Positions 52,165 through 64,000 of a stretch of 64,000 nucleotides of DNA are shown piece after piece. The stretch lies in the NCBI GenBank assembly GCA_951406725.2, contig OX597823.1:69378001-69442000 (forward strand), in the 5' to 3' direction. The translations under genes and the position numbers were made by a program. Below the pieces are notes generated by a model that was not told the DNA's origin, searched no databases, and was given only the letters and a program-made list of their open reading frames with translations. Position 1 is the first letter of the stretch. Every line of letters starts with the position of its first letter. Origin of the DNA: Octopus vulgaris (Eukaryota).

Positions 52165-53980
52165 CGTGCAGAGTGAGCTGCTATAATCTCTATCAGACTC
52201 GGTTTTTGTTGTTTTTTGAAGAATTCGAAGCGAGATTTTTGTGCGAAGCCAACATTGTTGGGTGGAAGTGAATAATGGAAGAAAAGAAGAGTTATGCGGA
52301 AGCTACTGGAGGTCGAGATACCCTGGACCCACGTGTCCTGAAGCCGAAGAGAATGGCATGGAATGAAGTAAAGGTAGCAACATATGGCATGATAAAAAAA
52401 AGAAGGGTCATACATAAAAATGACACTGCCAGAGGAGGAAAAAAGAAAATTTCAAAGCAGGACGGTGATATTCAGAACATTTTCGAATGAAAATAGGTGA
52501 ATAGATCACGCGCCGTAGGAAGAGATAGAGGAAATATTGACGGAACGAATGGGTGAAAGAATAACTTTCTTTGCAAGAGGAAGGAATACGCGACTATAAT
52601 AGTCACCTTTGCATCAGAAGAGGAGGCGAAAATGAACGACAACAGACAGATACTGGAAGAGAATTGGACGTTGATGCCGAACTGTTTGCGCAAAAGAATC
52701 GTCAGGGTCAGGGTGGGAAGAATCCCACCGTCCATAGACCCAGAATGGGTAATAGTTGTTGGTGAAGGGAAGTGAAAACCTGAACATTTGCATAATAAGC
52801 AGAACTCAACAATTGAATTGCTGGGGATATGGTATTGAAGTAATTTGTGCAGCAAGCTCAGAATATTACGAGGAAATGGCAGAAACTGTGAAATTACCAA
52901 ACGGTGAAAAACTGGAAGTAATGTTGGTGGGGAGACCCCTCAAAATGTTATGGATACAGTGAAAGGGGGCACCGGAGAAGGAAATGCCCTAGAGCAGCAG
53001 TATAAATGGTGGAAGAGACTATTTAGGCAGATATAGTGGTGGAAAAAAACAGAGGCAGAGGACAGAAATTGATGGGAATTTGGCAGAGGGAAAACCCAGG
53101 AAAAGAGAGTGAAGAAAGTCATCAACGACAGTGAAAGTAAAGAAGTGTAAAGGAATGGAAGAAGAAACTCAACCCACGACGAGAAACGGAGAAAATTTAC
53201 CAGTGGAAGTACCAGCAATTGAATCAAAAGGACAGAGTCATGCAGACAAGTAACAAGACAACCCGGAATTACGGAAACCTAAAGACAGACACACAGACGA
53301 AACACAATGAACACAAATGAACACACAGACACACAAATACAAGAACAAACAGACACACAAATACACGAACACGCAGACTTAGAGACGGAAATACAAGAAC
53401 CCATAAAACAGCAGGAAAATAGAAACAAAAAGAGACAACAGGAAAAGCACAAACGAAAAGAAAAATTATAGTGAGATAGGACGCCCCAACTTAAAAGGAA
53501 TGCAAAATTGAAAGACAATATGAGAGATAGAAGTGGTAAGTCATTGTAAATTTGTAAAGACTGTAACTGAGAGAAATGATTGTTTGAAATTTTTAGGGAA
53601 AATAGGAAAAAAAATAAAGTTTTGAAACTGTTGAAAGAACAGGTTTCCAAAAGTTTTTTTTCTGAACACTGTGATAAACTTTAGTTCTCTTTTAGTTTTA
53701 AAAAACGAAAAGAAATAATTAAGGACTGTATGAACATTTATTATGTTAGGGTGAAAGCGAAGAGGGAAGTCGCGGTTTCGCCCCGAAGTGAGGCTAAAGG
53801 TTGTGTAAAACTTAATGGTAAAGGAATACACGGTTTCATCTCGCAGCGGGAGCGAGATGGCCGGCTCATTTACATTGTAAATATATTCATTTCACATTCA
53901 TCATCCTTCATATGTTTTATGTTCCCGCATGTCTTTGTATGTCCCCTCTGTAATTAGGCCTTATACCTGTAATAAAGAAT
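52165..53980 (+). mobile_element. ORF1/gag-only non-autonomous retroelement (Tx1-like tail), decayed
   Basis: MEEKKSYAEA start at 52275; IVTFASEEEA..RVRVGRIPP; knuckle C-YG-Y-SERG-H-RRRK-C at 52946-52987; no EN/RT recognised; tail ttgtatgtcccctctgtaattaggcc..aataaag. Confidence 0.7.
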
Positions 53981-54002
53981 TAATCTCTAGCAGACGAGGT
54001 GT

Positions 54003-54053
54003 CCAGTACTGAGGAGTGGCAGAAATAGCCCGAAACCAGAACTGGTCTACTGG
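54003..54053 (+). ncRNA. Canonical type I hammerhead ribozyme
   Basis: ccagta CTGAGGA gtggc-agaaata-gccc GAAA ccag-aa-ctgg TC tactgg; perfect 6-bp stem I; predicted cut after GUC at 54047. Confidence 0.9.
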
Positions 54054-54317
54054 TCCCGTCACTAGTAGATGGTAGGGGTTCGCTTCCCTGTTCACAATTT
54101 TATTGGATGCAGCTGTGCATCGTAAACCAGCTAGAAAATATGTCCTCTTGGGGTTAAAAAAATCGCAGTAGAGTCCGCTCGAATGAATAACCATGTTAAA
54201 ATGCTACGCATATTACTTGTCAGTACAACTACTGCGTTGATATCTTAGAGAGATTTTAAAACTAGTAAATAAGATTCCTAAAATTATAAAACTGGAAATT
54301 TTCCAACTGAAATATAG

Positions 54318-54540
54318 GAGTTAGTTAGTTAGTTAATCTTTTGGCTCAAAAAGCAAGGCCATGTAGGGGGACATGGAGTTATGTACAGGGTGGTGTTCAT
54401 GTAAAGAGTTCAGGCCACTTGTGGTCAAGGGAGACTTTGAACCGAGTGGTCGTCGGCATCTTCATCATCTCGTCCGGCAGCTTATTCCACGGATCCGCAA
54501 CCCGGACGGAGAAAGCCCCTCTCCTTCGATTGAGATGAAA
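54318..54540 (-). mobile_element. CR1-type LINE 3' end with (TAAC)n tail
   Basis: FHLNRRRGAFSVRVADPWNKLPDEMMKMPTTTRFKVSLD..; plus-strand gttagttagttag. Confidence 0.82.
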
Positions 54541-54699
54541 GTTAAGGATTGAGTTAAGGAACTAGTATAGAGAGACACCTTAGAGTTTTGAAAAAAAAAA
54601 AAAGAATTCTCTACATAACAATGGGTGATGGCTATTGACGTTATGAAAATATAAGTACCAGATGGTTCTGAAAATTCTTGTCTTTAAGAATATCGCGAA

Positions 54700-54865
54700 A
54701 GGCTAGGCTGGAGGCCAAACCTTCCTAATTTACTGTGCTTAGAAAAACTGAAGGACTGCTGCAACAAGCATGTGAATCTCAGAGGGGAATATGTTGGATA
54801 AAATTATAATTAACCGATACTCTATTTTCTTATATCCAAACCCGGGAACTATTCAGCACCCCTCG
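54700..54865 (+). mobile_element. Mariner 3' end remnant
   Basis: aacaagcatgtgaatctcagaggggaatatgtt (..NLRGEYV) and right end gaactattcagcaccctcg|TA. Confidence 0.6.
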
Positions 54866-55829
54866 TAAATGTTATAGAAAACCGGAGAACACTATCTGGA
54901 TCTCACTGTAGAATACGAATTTTTGGGTAAAACATTGTAGTAAGCGCATAAAAGCTTGTCATAAACATAAAGAGAATCCAATAAACCATCCAAATGGATT
55001 CCATGAACATTTTACGCATAGTCATACAATGTTGCTACTACCTTCTGCCAAGAAGAACATTTCTAATTAGTGACCAATTAATATGTCTCATAAAATGCAA
55101 CGAACTCTCCGTCATCTATGGGAAGGCGGATTCATTCTGACTTATTTAAAAATAAGCACAGTTGCTCCCCATAGGGCACAAAGTGCAGCATACAGTTATC
55201 TCAAATAACATTTAAATACTCATTTAATGCTCTCAGAATCCTGGTCAAGTGTCTTCTACTATAACCTTTGGAGTATTGTAGAAGGAAACATCACGGTATT
55301 CGGTTTGGTTAAATAAATGCATAACTAACTAACTAAATAGTAAATAGCACGCACAAATATAAAAACTTATGAAGCACACATACTTGTGTACTAACATACG
55401 CCCACATGCGACAAATGCAAATTTATCCGCACGCACATTCATATTCATGGCACATGCACACGTACATATATTCATACATGATAGACATAAGCTTTGAGTG
55501 ATAGTAGTTAGCTCTGTAAAAGGCTATTAGATTAGAGTTAATGAGGTTAAATAGAGAAATAATGTTAGAGAATTCTAGAGTAGTGAGTAAGCTAATGAGA
55601 AAATTAGAATACTTGCTTAAGAAAGCAATTACGACTAACGTGCTGGCAACAAAGTTGCCAACAACTGACAAGATACGGGAAGCGATGGCTAACTGTACAA
55701 GGGAGAAATAGCTGAAGCTGAATGCAAGATTTCTTTGATTATGCAAGACATTTGTTAGTCTATTAGCAGATGCCTGCTGCAACTGGTAGTAGAACAGGAG
55801 AATTCTCAATCCTACGGAAACAGGTACAG

Positions 55830-57700
55830 TAGTACTGCTGAGAAAAGATCCGAACATGAATATAGTGGTTTAAACAACTTGAAATCCGCAACTCTGCTAA
55901 ATGCAGTTGAAAAGGTTGGCTAAGATATTAGCTATGTGAGTGGTGCTTGTCGTTGACACACTGGTAGGTGAGACACGATCATGTCCCATACTAAGCAGAT
56001 CTATCCGCGACAAATTCCTCCTCACACGATACATTATAGAAAGGTTAGGTAAAATATCTGTCTGGCATAGGTGGGATGCTGATTAACTTAGATCAATCGA
56101 AAGGGTCGACTATCAATACTTCGCAGCTGTCTTCGAGCTAGTTTCGGATCCAGTTTTGGAAACCTGGATCGCAGCGAAGTACGGTGACACTTCCTCGGAA
56201 GTCATAGTAAATGTTCACCTATCAGAACCACTCAGAATCATACGTTCGGTCCATCAAAGCTACACCTTCTGTCGCTTTCTGTACATAGTAATCCTGGGGC
56301 CACAAATGCAGATGTTGGGTGTCTCAATGATCATCCTGTGAAACTAGGATACGGAAGATCCGTATTAGCACATGCGTGCGACGTTGCCGTAATAGTGTCG
56401 AGCACCAAATACACGGAGGTGATCGGTATTATGCTAATCGGAATATGAGGCGGTGATAAGAGCAGAAATTAATTAGATGTTACATGCAGTTCCACACCTG
56501 GCGCGACAGATCCATGTCATTGAACAGCGTCATGGTGTCCTGGATGGCTGGACCGGTAAATTCCTCGGCATTCTGTTCGGTCCAGATCGTTAGATAGGAA
56601 CTGGAAAGAGGTGACGAGCAGGATGGCGTCTCACACCCAGAAATAGCCCGCTTCATGGCTGATTAAAATGAAGTGCTACTTCTCTCGCTTTCTGTGAAGC
56701 GGACGCGTTTCGCTGGTCAGACTGTCTATTTACTATTAACATCCGCTGGAGGACTGCGCATACTATGTCTAATGATGCATGGAATGCGCTGAAGCTACGA
56801 CATCTCCAGCGTTTCATTAACAGTGAGCAGGCGTAGTTGTCGTTTGCTACACACGTTTGTCCGTAACTCGTCTTTTGACTGAGCTGCAGTCCCTAAACTA
56901 AGCGTAGACCGAGGCAGAGCATCTGAAATCTAGTGTGTCATCGGGACACTCATAGCCACCCTCAGCTTGTAGGTCTATGATGTTGGTGGATGCTCCACTC
57001 TGGCATTCTATAAAAGATTATGTGTTGGGGAGTGCAACGAATGCCTAATTTTTTCCAGAAGCCTTTTAGGTCCTAACCCATGGATAATTTCCACAAATAC
57101 ATGGCTTGGTAGTGTTACCAAAGAGCATTGCCGATTCGGGAAAAAAACTCTACAGGTGTATCAGTACCAGCAGCAACCCCTACTCGAGATGCACAAAGAG
57201 CGATGAACCTGTCCTGAAAGCGCTTATCCAGTGCTCGAGCATTGCTGATGTAATGCCGAATAGCTGTTTTCACGTGCAGGATGCACCCGGTTATACGCCG
57301 ACTCCATCGTAAAGATTACATGCCTGCCTTTTTTTTATTAGGAAATACAGGCAGTTTTCGTCTGCCTGGAAGCTAATGCAAAATAGGTTGTATACTAGAC
57401 GCGTCTGAATTGAAGACAGACGTTTCCCTTCAAGAGAAAAGTGAGGACCGAGAGAGGATGAATGTAGTAAGAATAGTCGGAGTGAATTGACCTGTAGATA
57501 GAAAGATACAATGGAGAAAGGAGTAGATAATGCAATATAGTTATCAGGATGTCTCAAAATATACGGGGTTCCCTCACGGCCTCTATTACGGCGTTTCTGC
57601 CCTAGTTATAGTTCTCTTGACAATTATCTTTGTTTTAGTTTGCACGTATTTATGTAACTGCCTACTGTCTTTTGCCTCTTGTTCTAAATGCTTTTTCTTA
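55830..57700 (+). pseudogene. Highly degraded L1/Tx1-clade RT region
   Basis: Broken motifs INLDQSK..RVDYQY, decayed SVRQG-like and AYADDV-like segments, C-terminal DE.VL..LIQC, paralleling 43203-43430. Confidence 0.7.
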
Positions 57701-57899
57701 CGGCTTATGCCAGCAATATATAAATTATTATTATTATTATTATTATTAATCACTTGCAGTATCCGCCGAGGTCAACCTTGCGTTTCATTACCTCAGAGTC
57801 AATAAAAATAAAATAAGTACCGGTTGGATACTGGAGTCAATGTAATTGACTATACCTCTCCTACAAAATTTCAGGTTTTGTGAAGAAAGGATTATCACC

Positions 57900-58030
57900 A
57901 CTACTACTACTGCTACTACTACTATTACTACTACTACTACTACTACTAGTAGTAGTAGTAGTAGTAGCAGCAGCAGCAGTAGTAGCAGCAGCAGCAGTAG
58001 TAGTAGTAGTAGTACTAGTAGTACTAGTAG
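57900..58030. repeat. (ACT)n abutting (AGT/AGC)n: self-complementary microsatellite
   Basis: Read directly. Confidence 0.93.
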
Positions 58031-58905
58031 TTGCTGTTGTTAAAATTTGTTGTATTTGTGATGCTTGTATATTCCGCTATAAAATAAATAAATGAAAATA
58101 AAATTTTTTAAAAAATAGAACATAAATCATGTATGAACCCCGTAGCATAATCAGACTATGTCATAAAATTATAAAATCCAAACAAACAAGCAATAACAAG
58201 AACAACAACAAGAAATTAAAAATAACCACCAGATGGAAACGACCCGATGAATAGAAATGTTTAGTGAAATACAGCATAATTCAAAAAGTTATTCAATAGA
58301 TTCTATTCAGACTGATGTTCAAAGATTTCTATAGAAATAGCAGCAAGTTATCTCCTGCAATGTTGGCTACCATTTCTGTTTGCAAACCATTAATCTGTAT
58401 TCAAGAATTGTTTAGTCCCATTTATAAACATTAGAAATGTTGCATTCCTCTAGCTCTATGCTTTAAACTGAAGTATTGAAATAAAAGAAAAGAGTGTTAT
58501 TTACAAAAAAAAGATGCCACTCTGTCGTGTTTCTTAAAAATAAAATAAAAATTAAATTCAACAAAATATATTTCATATTTACTATAAATATTGCTAGGAC
58601 AGGAGATGTCTCAGTTGATATGAGTCATTTAATATCGTATCAAATAATATAAGCTGCAGAGAAGGCATTTTTTTCCTGTCATGAAAGATGATAGTATGAT
58701 AGAAAAAAATCAATCGTTAAAGCATAGAATAAAATGATTTGCGCCATTTGGTTATGAGTTCAAATTCTGCAGAGGTTAAATTTGCTTTTTATTATTCCGA
58801 AGCCAATAAAATAAAGTCCAGGTGCAACACCGTCTTTTCGGACACCGACAGTCCGATACATCTCATAACCTCCACTAATTTACGAGAAATAGCTTCAAAT
58901 ACCTG

Positions 58906-59135
58906 TTTATTTATTACCCACAAGGGGCTAAATATAGAGGGGCAAACAAGGACAGACAAACGGATTAAGTCGATTAAATCGACCCCAGTGCGTAACTGGT
59001 ACTTATTTAATCGACCCCGAAAGGATGAAAGGCAAAATCGACCTCGGTGGAATTTGAACTCAGAACGTAACGGCAGCCGAAATACCGCTAAGCATTTCGT
59101 CCGGTGTGCTAACGTTTCAACCAGCTCACTGCCTT
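58906..59135 (-). mobile_element. Full-length SINE with 18-bp TSD and Tx1-like tail
   Basis: TSD aatagcttcaaatacctg at 58888-58905 and 59136-59153. Confidence 0.92.
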
Positions 59136-60160
59136 AATAGCTTCAAATACCTGCCGCCTTGTAACTAGTTCATTGTTACCTTGTGCAGAATTTTTTTTTA
59201 CTTATGTTGAACCTATGTGTGTGTGTATATTTCTGTGTGTGTGTATATGTGTGTAAGAATGCGTGTGTGTATATGTGTGTAAGAATGCGTGTGCGGAATA
59301 TTTTGAGGCTTGGTTAGAGGTGGAAAAAAGAACATGAAAGAAAGAAACAAATAAGGAAACAAAGAGAGACAGGAAGAAGGAAAAACACAGATTGTAATAT
59401 ATTGCATAGCCTGCCCCAATTGCAAGGAAAATTGTAATGGCAAAACCAGCAGTCTCTTTTTTCCAGCGTGCAAGAATTCACAAATAACATATCATTAAAA
59501 CAGAATTGCCCAAGATTACGAAGCATGGAAATATGTGGAAACAGCAGATTCAAGATTTTTCTCTTTTTCAGATGACCAAGGGATTGTAAAAAGTGCCAGA
59601 AGATAATGGAATTATATTTTATTAAACAGTTGTACCTAAACTAAATGTATACAAAGCGAAAAATATATTTATGAACACTATTAAGGTTTTCTCATTATTG
59701 TTACTAAAATAACTGGAAAAAATTCACTTAAGCAACCAACACACAACAGACACACTGTTTCACATAAATACACTTACATATACACACACGCATATATACA
59801 ACAACCTTTCAAGACAAATATTCTACAGCTAGTTAACGTGACAACCGACAAAATATACAATGACTAAAAGAAAATTGAGCGCCTCAGCTGTCGTCAGTTT
59901 GAACCATCCCAGAAACGAAAAAAACTCTTTCTGACGCTGGATAGCATACTACTGATCAAAAATACAATTTCAACCATCTCAAAAAGACCCGTTTCACCCT
60001 TTCTTTCTGTCTTTAGTTATTTATTTTCTCTTTTTTCCTTTCTCCCTATCCTTTCATTTTCCCTTCTTTCTTTCCCTAACCAAGCCTGCAAGTATTCACC
60101 ACAGAAACGTATTTACACACACATACATACACACATAGATTCAACATTACAAAGAACATT

Positions 60161-60375
60161 AAAGGCGGCGAGCTGGCAGAATCGTTAGCACGCCAGGCGA
60201 AATGCTTAGCGGTGTTTCGTCTGCCGCTGTGTTCTGAGTTCAAATTCCGCCGAGGTCGACTTTGCCTTTCATCCTTTCGACGTCGATGAATTAAGTACCA
60301 GTTGAATACTGGGGTCGATGCGATCGACTTAACCCTTCCCCCAAAATTTCAGGCCTTGTGCCTATAGCAGAAACG
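60161..60375 (+). mobile_element. Full-length SINE with ~15-bp TSD, alternative tail
   Basis: ggcggcgagctggcagaatcgttagc..gagttcaaattcc; TSD attacaaagaac(a/t)tt at 60146 and 60376. Confidence 0.92.
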
Positions 60376-60919
60376 ATTACAAAGAACTTTACCACCCATA
60401 TTAAACACTAGATTGTTTTCAACTAATTCACAAATATATAAAGGCATAAAGTTTCTGTAAAACAAATCATTCCTGGTGAATCTCTGAAACGAGATGAAAG
60501 CGTTCAGCAAATAATTACCCAAAAGTCTGACTATATACTTTTTCTTAATGTTTAAAATTTGTGCACCACTTCAAGATCCTACACATACACACTAACATCA
60601 TAAATATATATTTGAATGTATGCAAATAGTACGTATAAATGTGGGAACTTACCGGCACACGCACACACACTAACCCGTAGATGTGCAAATACATAAAATG
60701 TGACACTTTTGTATAACTATATTTCAATTGGTACTTGAGGTTAGTGAAATCAATTCAACATTGAAAGTGATTCTATCAACCGTTACCATGGCAATCAATG
60801 TCTGCCACATAACACTCTAAATACATTAATAACTGCGGAAAAATTTCTAAAGACCCGAGCAGAATTTTAAATGGTGCACATTTATGCAAAGTAAAACTGA
60901 ATAAGTAAATATACAGAAG

Positions 60920-61360
60920 AATTTCATAATTTTCATTCATTCATTCATTCATGCATTCATTTATTCTGTCATTCTTTCATTCCAACATCGATTCGTTCCA
61001 CCATTTATTCATTTCTTTATTGATTTATTCTGTTCTTCAGATATTCTCTCATTCATTCCGTCATCCATAAATTGCATAATATATGTTATTCTGTTCATTC
61101 TTTCCAATTATTCATAGGTTCCTTCCTATTCATTATTCATCCATTTCATTATTCTATCATTTCATCATTCATTCTATCTTTCATTCAATTCTTCATTCAT
61201 TTCTTTATTCCTTCACTCCTTTATTCAGCTATTCATTATTTACCCATGTCATTATTCAGTCATTCTGACGTTAATTTATTTATTCATTCCATCGTTTGCC
61301 CATCTTACATTCAGTTTTGTTTTACTCACTCATTCTTTAATCAATACATTCATTCAGTCC
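60920..61360. repeat. Degenerate (ATTC)n tract
   Basis: Read directly. Confidence 0.8.
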
Positions 61361-63394
61361 AGAAAATAATATTTTCCTCCACATTCTAATACACACGTCT
61401 TCTTGTAGCACTAATATCGTCCGGCCGTCTTTCTTGCTCAAAAGTTGCTTTCAACCTGTGTAGCGAAGCGCCTCCGTCCCATGTTTTACAAAGAACAAAA
61501 AAAAATAACGAAAGACAACAGTTTATTTTAAAGAAATAGAAGTTAATTTTCAGCGACGGTTTATTATACATATTTTCATATACTGTCCCATCCAATATGT
61601 CCCACTTTTTACTAGGGTGGTCTCGTGCTTCCTACGATAATTCTTACATAAATTACCAAAGAATGCTTGGAGTGACACAAGAAAATTATATTTGAACTTG
61701 GCGTATTATTAGCCATGTTTTAACTGACAAAAATCACGAACTTTAATCCAACCAATCTTTATTTAAAAAAAAGAAAAAAAAATGTTTAAAATATAATCAT
61801 GCGACCGGGACTAAATACACTATTTCTAAGAAAAGTCACAAGCCCTCTAAACAACCAGAAGCCCTGTAAACATCTAGAACCCCACTTCCTACACTGGACG
61901 ACCTTTGTGCAGTCACAATACTTCCAAGAGTGCGTTCCTATCCAGGTTATGGAAAACTGTGATAGAGAGAGGACACTATGTGGCAGGAATTGTTTGAACT
62001 CAGCACTGCATACGAAACACATCTTTTTACTGCAACATTGTTCTTTCTGCCGTTATACGTATAATGTACGTCGGAGCTTCTTCTTCATATTCTTCTCTTC
62101 CTCCTCCTCTTCCCCATTCCCTTCCTCCTTCTCTGTCTCCTTCACCTGAAGCTTCAGACCAACCCTACTTAAGCTGGGCTATGACAAAAGGCATTCGAGG
62201 TATGACCAGCATATTCCTTATTTTTCCATATATGTATCTAAGATATTATTCGATTACGTTCTGCTCTTCCAGTTTTTTTCTACAAGGTAGGGTAGACGCT
62301 CTTTCGTTAGTTCATTTGGTAGCCATTTTATCTAAGGGGTAATGACATGTCTATCTTTTAGTGTATTTTATATGAGCGAACAACAACTAATATAACAATC
62401 GGGCCTTTGTACAGTCACCCCATTTGGCGTTTATATCAAGGCCAACTCTGTTTGAGCACAACTTTAATCAACGACTTTCCATATTAACAATAACCATCCA
62501 AACTTTACTCACTCATAGTACACCCTGAATCCTATTGTCCAATGTCTATGAGTAAAAGCAGGTGGCCTTGTAGTTAGGCTGTTTGGACTCAGGATCATAA
62601 ATACGTGGGTTAAATTACTAGAGCGGATGACACGATGGGGTCTTTTCTGTTCTTGTCACAGTTTTTTAAATTTTTGAATTAAGTAAAAATTTTCAAATTT
62701 GGTATATCGATGTAATTTTTCACGCTGAATCTGATTTTGTTGTTCACTTGTTCCAGAAAACTTGAAGAAAAATGTTATAAAGATTTACAGTTTGGTATTT
62801 TTATCTAATCGGAAAATAGTGTTTGGAAGCTGGCATTTTCTACATGATAGCTATCACAAAATGAAAGCAAGACATTAAAACGACGATGCTTTATTAAACA
62901 TAATGAAAGCAAATCATAACGACAATGAAAGACGTAAGAAGTTTTGAAGTTCAAATAAGTTTTAATGATTAATATCATGTGAAACGGTTCGAACAGTCAA
63001 GTAAATAATTTAAGAAAGAAAAAATCCTCGTTAAAAAGACACAGTAATGTAAAACAATGTTAAACAGATACAGTAATGTAAAACAAGCGGTCGAACAGGC
63101 ATGTAAACAATTTAAAAAGGAAAAATCCTCAATCAATTTTTTAAAAAATAAATCTTACAAAAAAAAAAAAAAAATTTGTACGTTATAGTATTGTAATAGT
63201 TCAGTTCATGCAAACAAATAATACATTTTTATAGCGAAAATCAGAAATACGAAAGTTCAGAATATAGGTATTCGTCAAAGAAAATAGGTCAACAAGTAGT
63301 GGTTGTAGCAGATTTAAACAGACGACATCTTGGATCGTTACTATAGAAACCAGCACCGATATGTCTGTGGCTTTCCATTAGCTAAAATTACTCA

Positions 63395-63605
63395 AAGGTG
63401 GTGAGATGACAGAACCGTTACCGCACGAGGCAAAATGCTTAGCGGCATCTGCCTTTACGTTCTGAGTTCAAATACCTCCGAGGCAGAATCTACCGTTTTA
63501 TCCTTACGGGGTCTATAACATAAGTACCAGATGAGTACTGGTGTCGATGAAATCGACTTACCAATTTCCCTGAAATTGCTAACCTAGTGCCAAAACTTGC
63601 AAGGT
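63395..63605 (+). mobile_element. tRNA-derived SINE (diverged)
   Basis: Same head and core as 60161. Confidence 0.8.
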
Positions 63606-64000
63606 TTAAAAGCTATAACTTATTATTTATTAATTTATAGCAATAATGAATTTCATTTTCCTAATTAGCATGCAAAAGTATACCATTACACCAAATTTGA
63701 AAACAACTGGAACAAAAGTTTTTTTTTAACTAGAAAACTGCGATAGCAACAGGAAAGATACGCGCGATGTACACTTGAGGAAGGCAATTCGTGTCACGAT
63801 ACCCAAGTACACTGAGTTGTAATGAGCACTATCTAGGTGCTGGTACAGGCTCTCTTCTCCTCTTACTGTCACATCCATATCGTTGAGTGAGTTAAAAATC
63901 AGAGTACTGCGTGGATATTGATTAGTTGTACTTCAATAATGTAAGGTATGATTTGAAAGAAACTTACCTGCCACTTCTTGCATGAAGAAAGACTACACAG

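Noticed and set aside
59572-59606. Strong acceptor followed by a short open frame (DQGIVKSARR*)
   Set aside because: Too short, and no upstream exons identified

Overview
AT-rich, microsatellite-dense animal genomic DNA (intronic or intergenic). It is very probably from an octopus, inferred from the resemblance of the tRNA-derived SINEs to the octopus OK/OR families and from the microsatellite load. No host protein-coding gene can be supported; nearly all ORF-track hits are microsatellite or transposon artefacts. The window holds a near-complete R4/Dong-type RLE non-LTR retrotransposon in an (AAT)n tract (9263-13341) plus two older Dong fragments, Penelope-like GIY-YIG and RT pieces, L1/Tx1 and CR1-group fragments, several Tc1/mariner relics, a probable Helitron and many SINEs. 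Most notable: (1) several hammerhead ribozymes, including a canonical one at 54003-54053 inside a repeat unit whose direct and inverted copies bracket an RT-less, gag/ORF1-only zinc-knuckle element; (2) a ~555-bp non-coding element that inserts into (AAT)n, with an empty-site paralog nearby; (3) three inverted, locally templated insertions within 35-39 kb. Many element boundaries were read by eye and are approximate.
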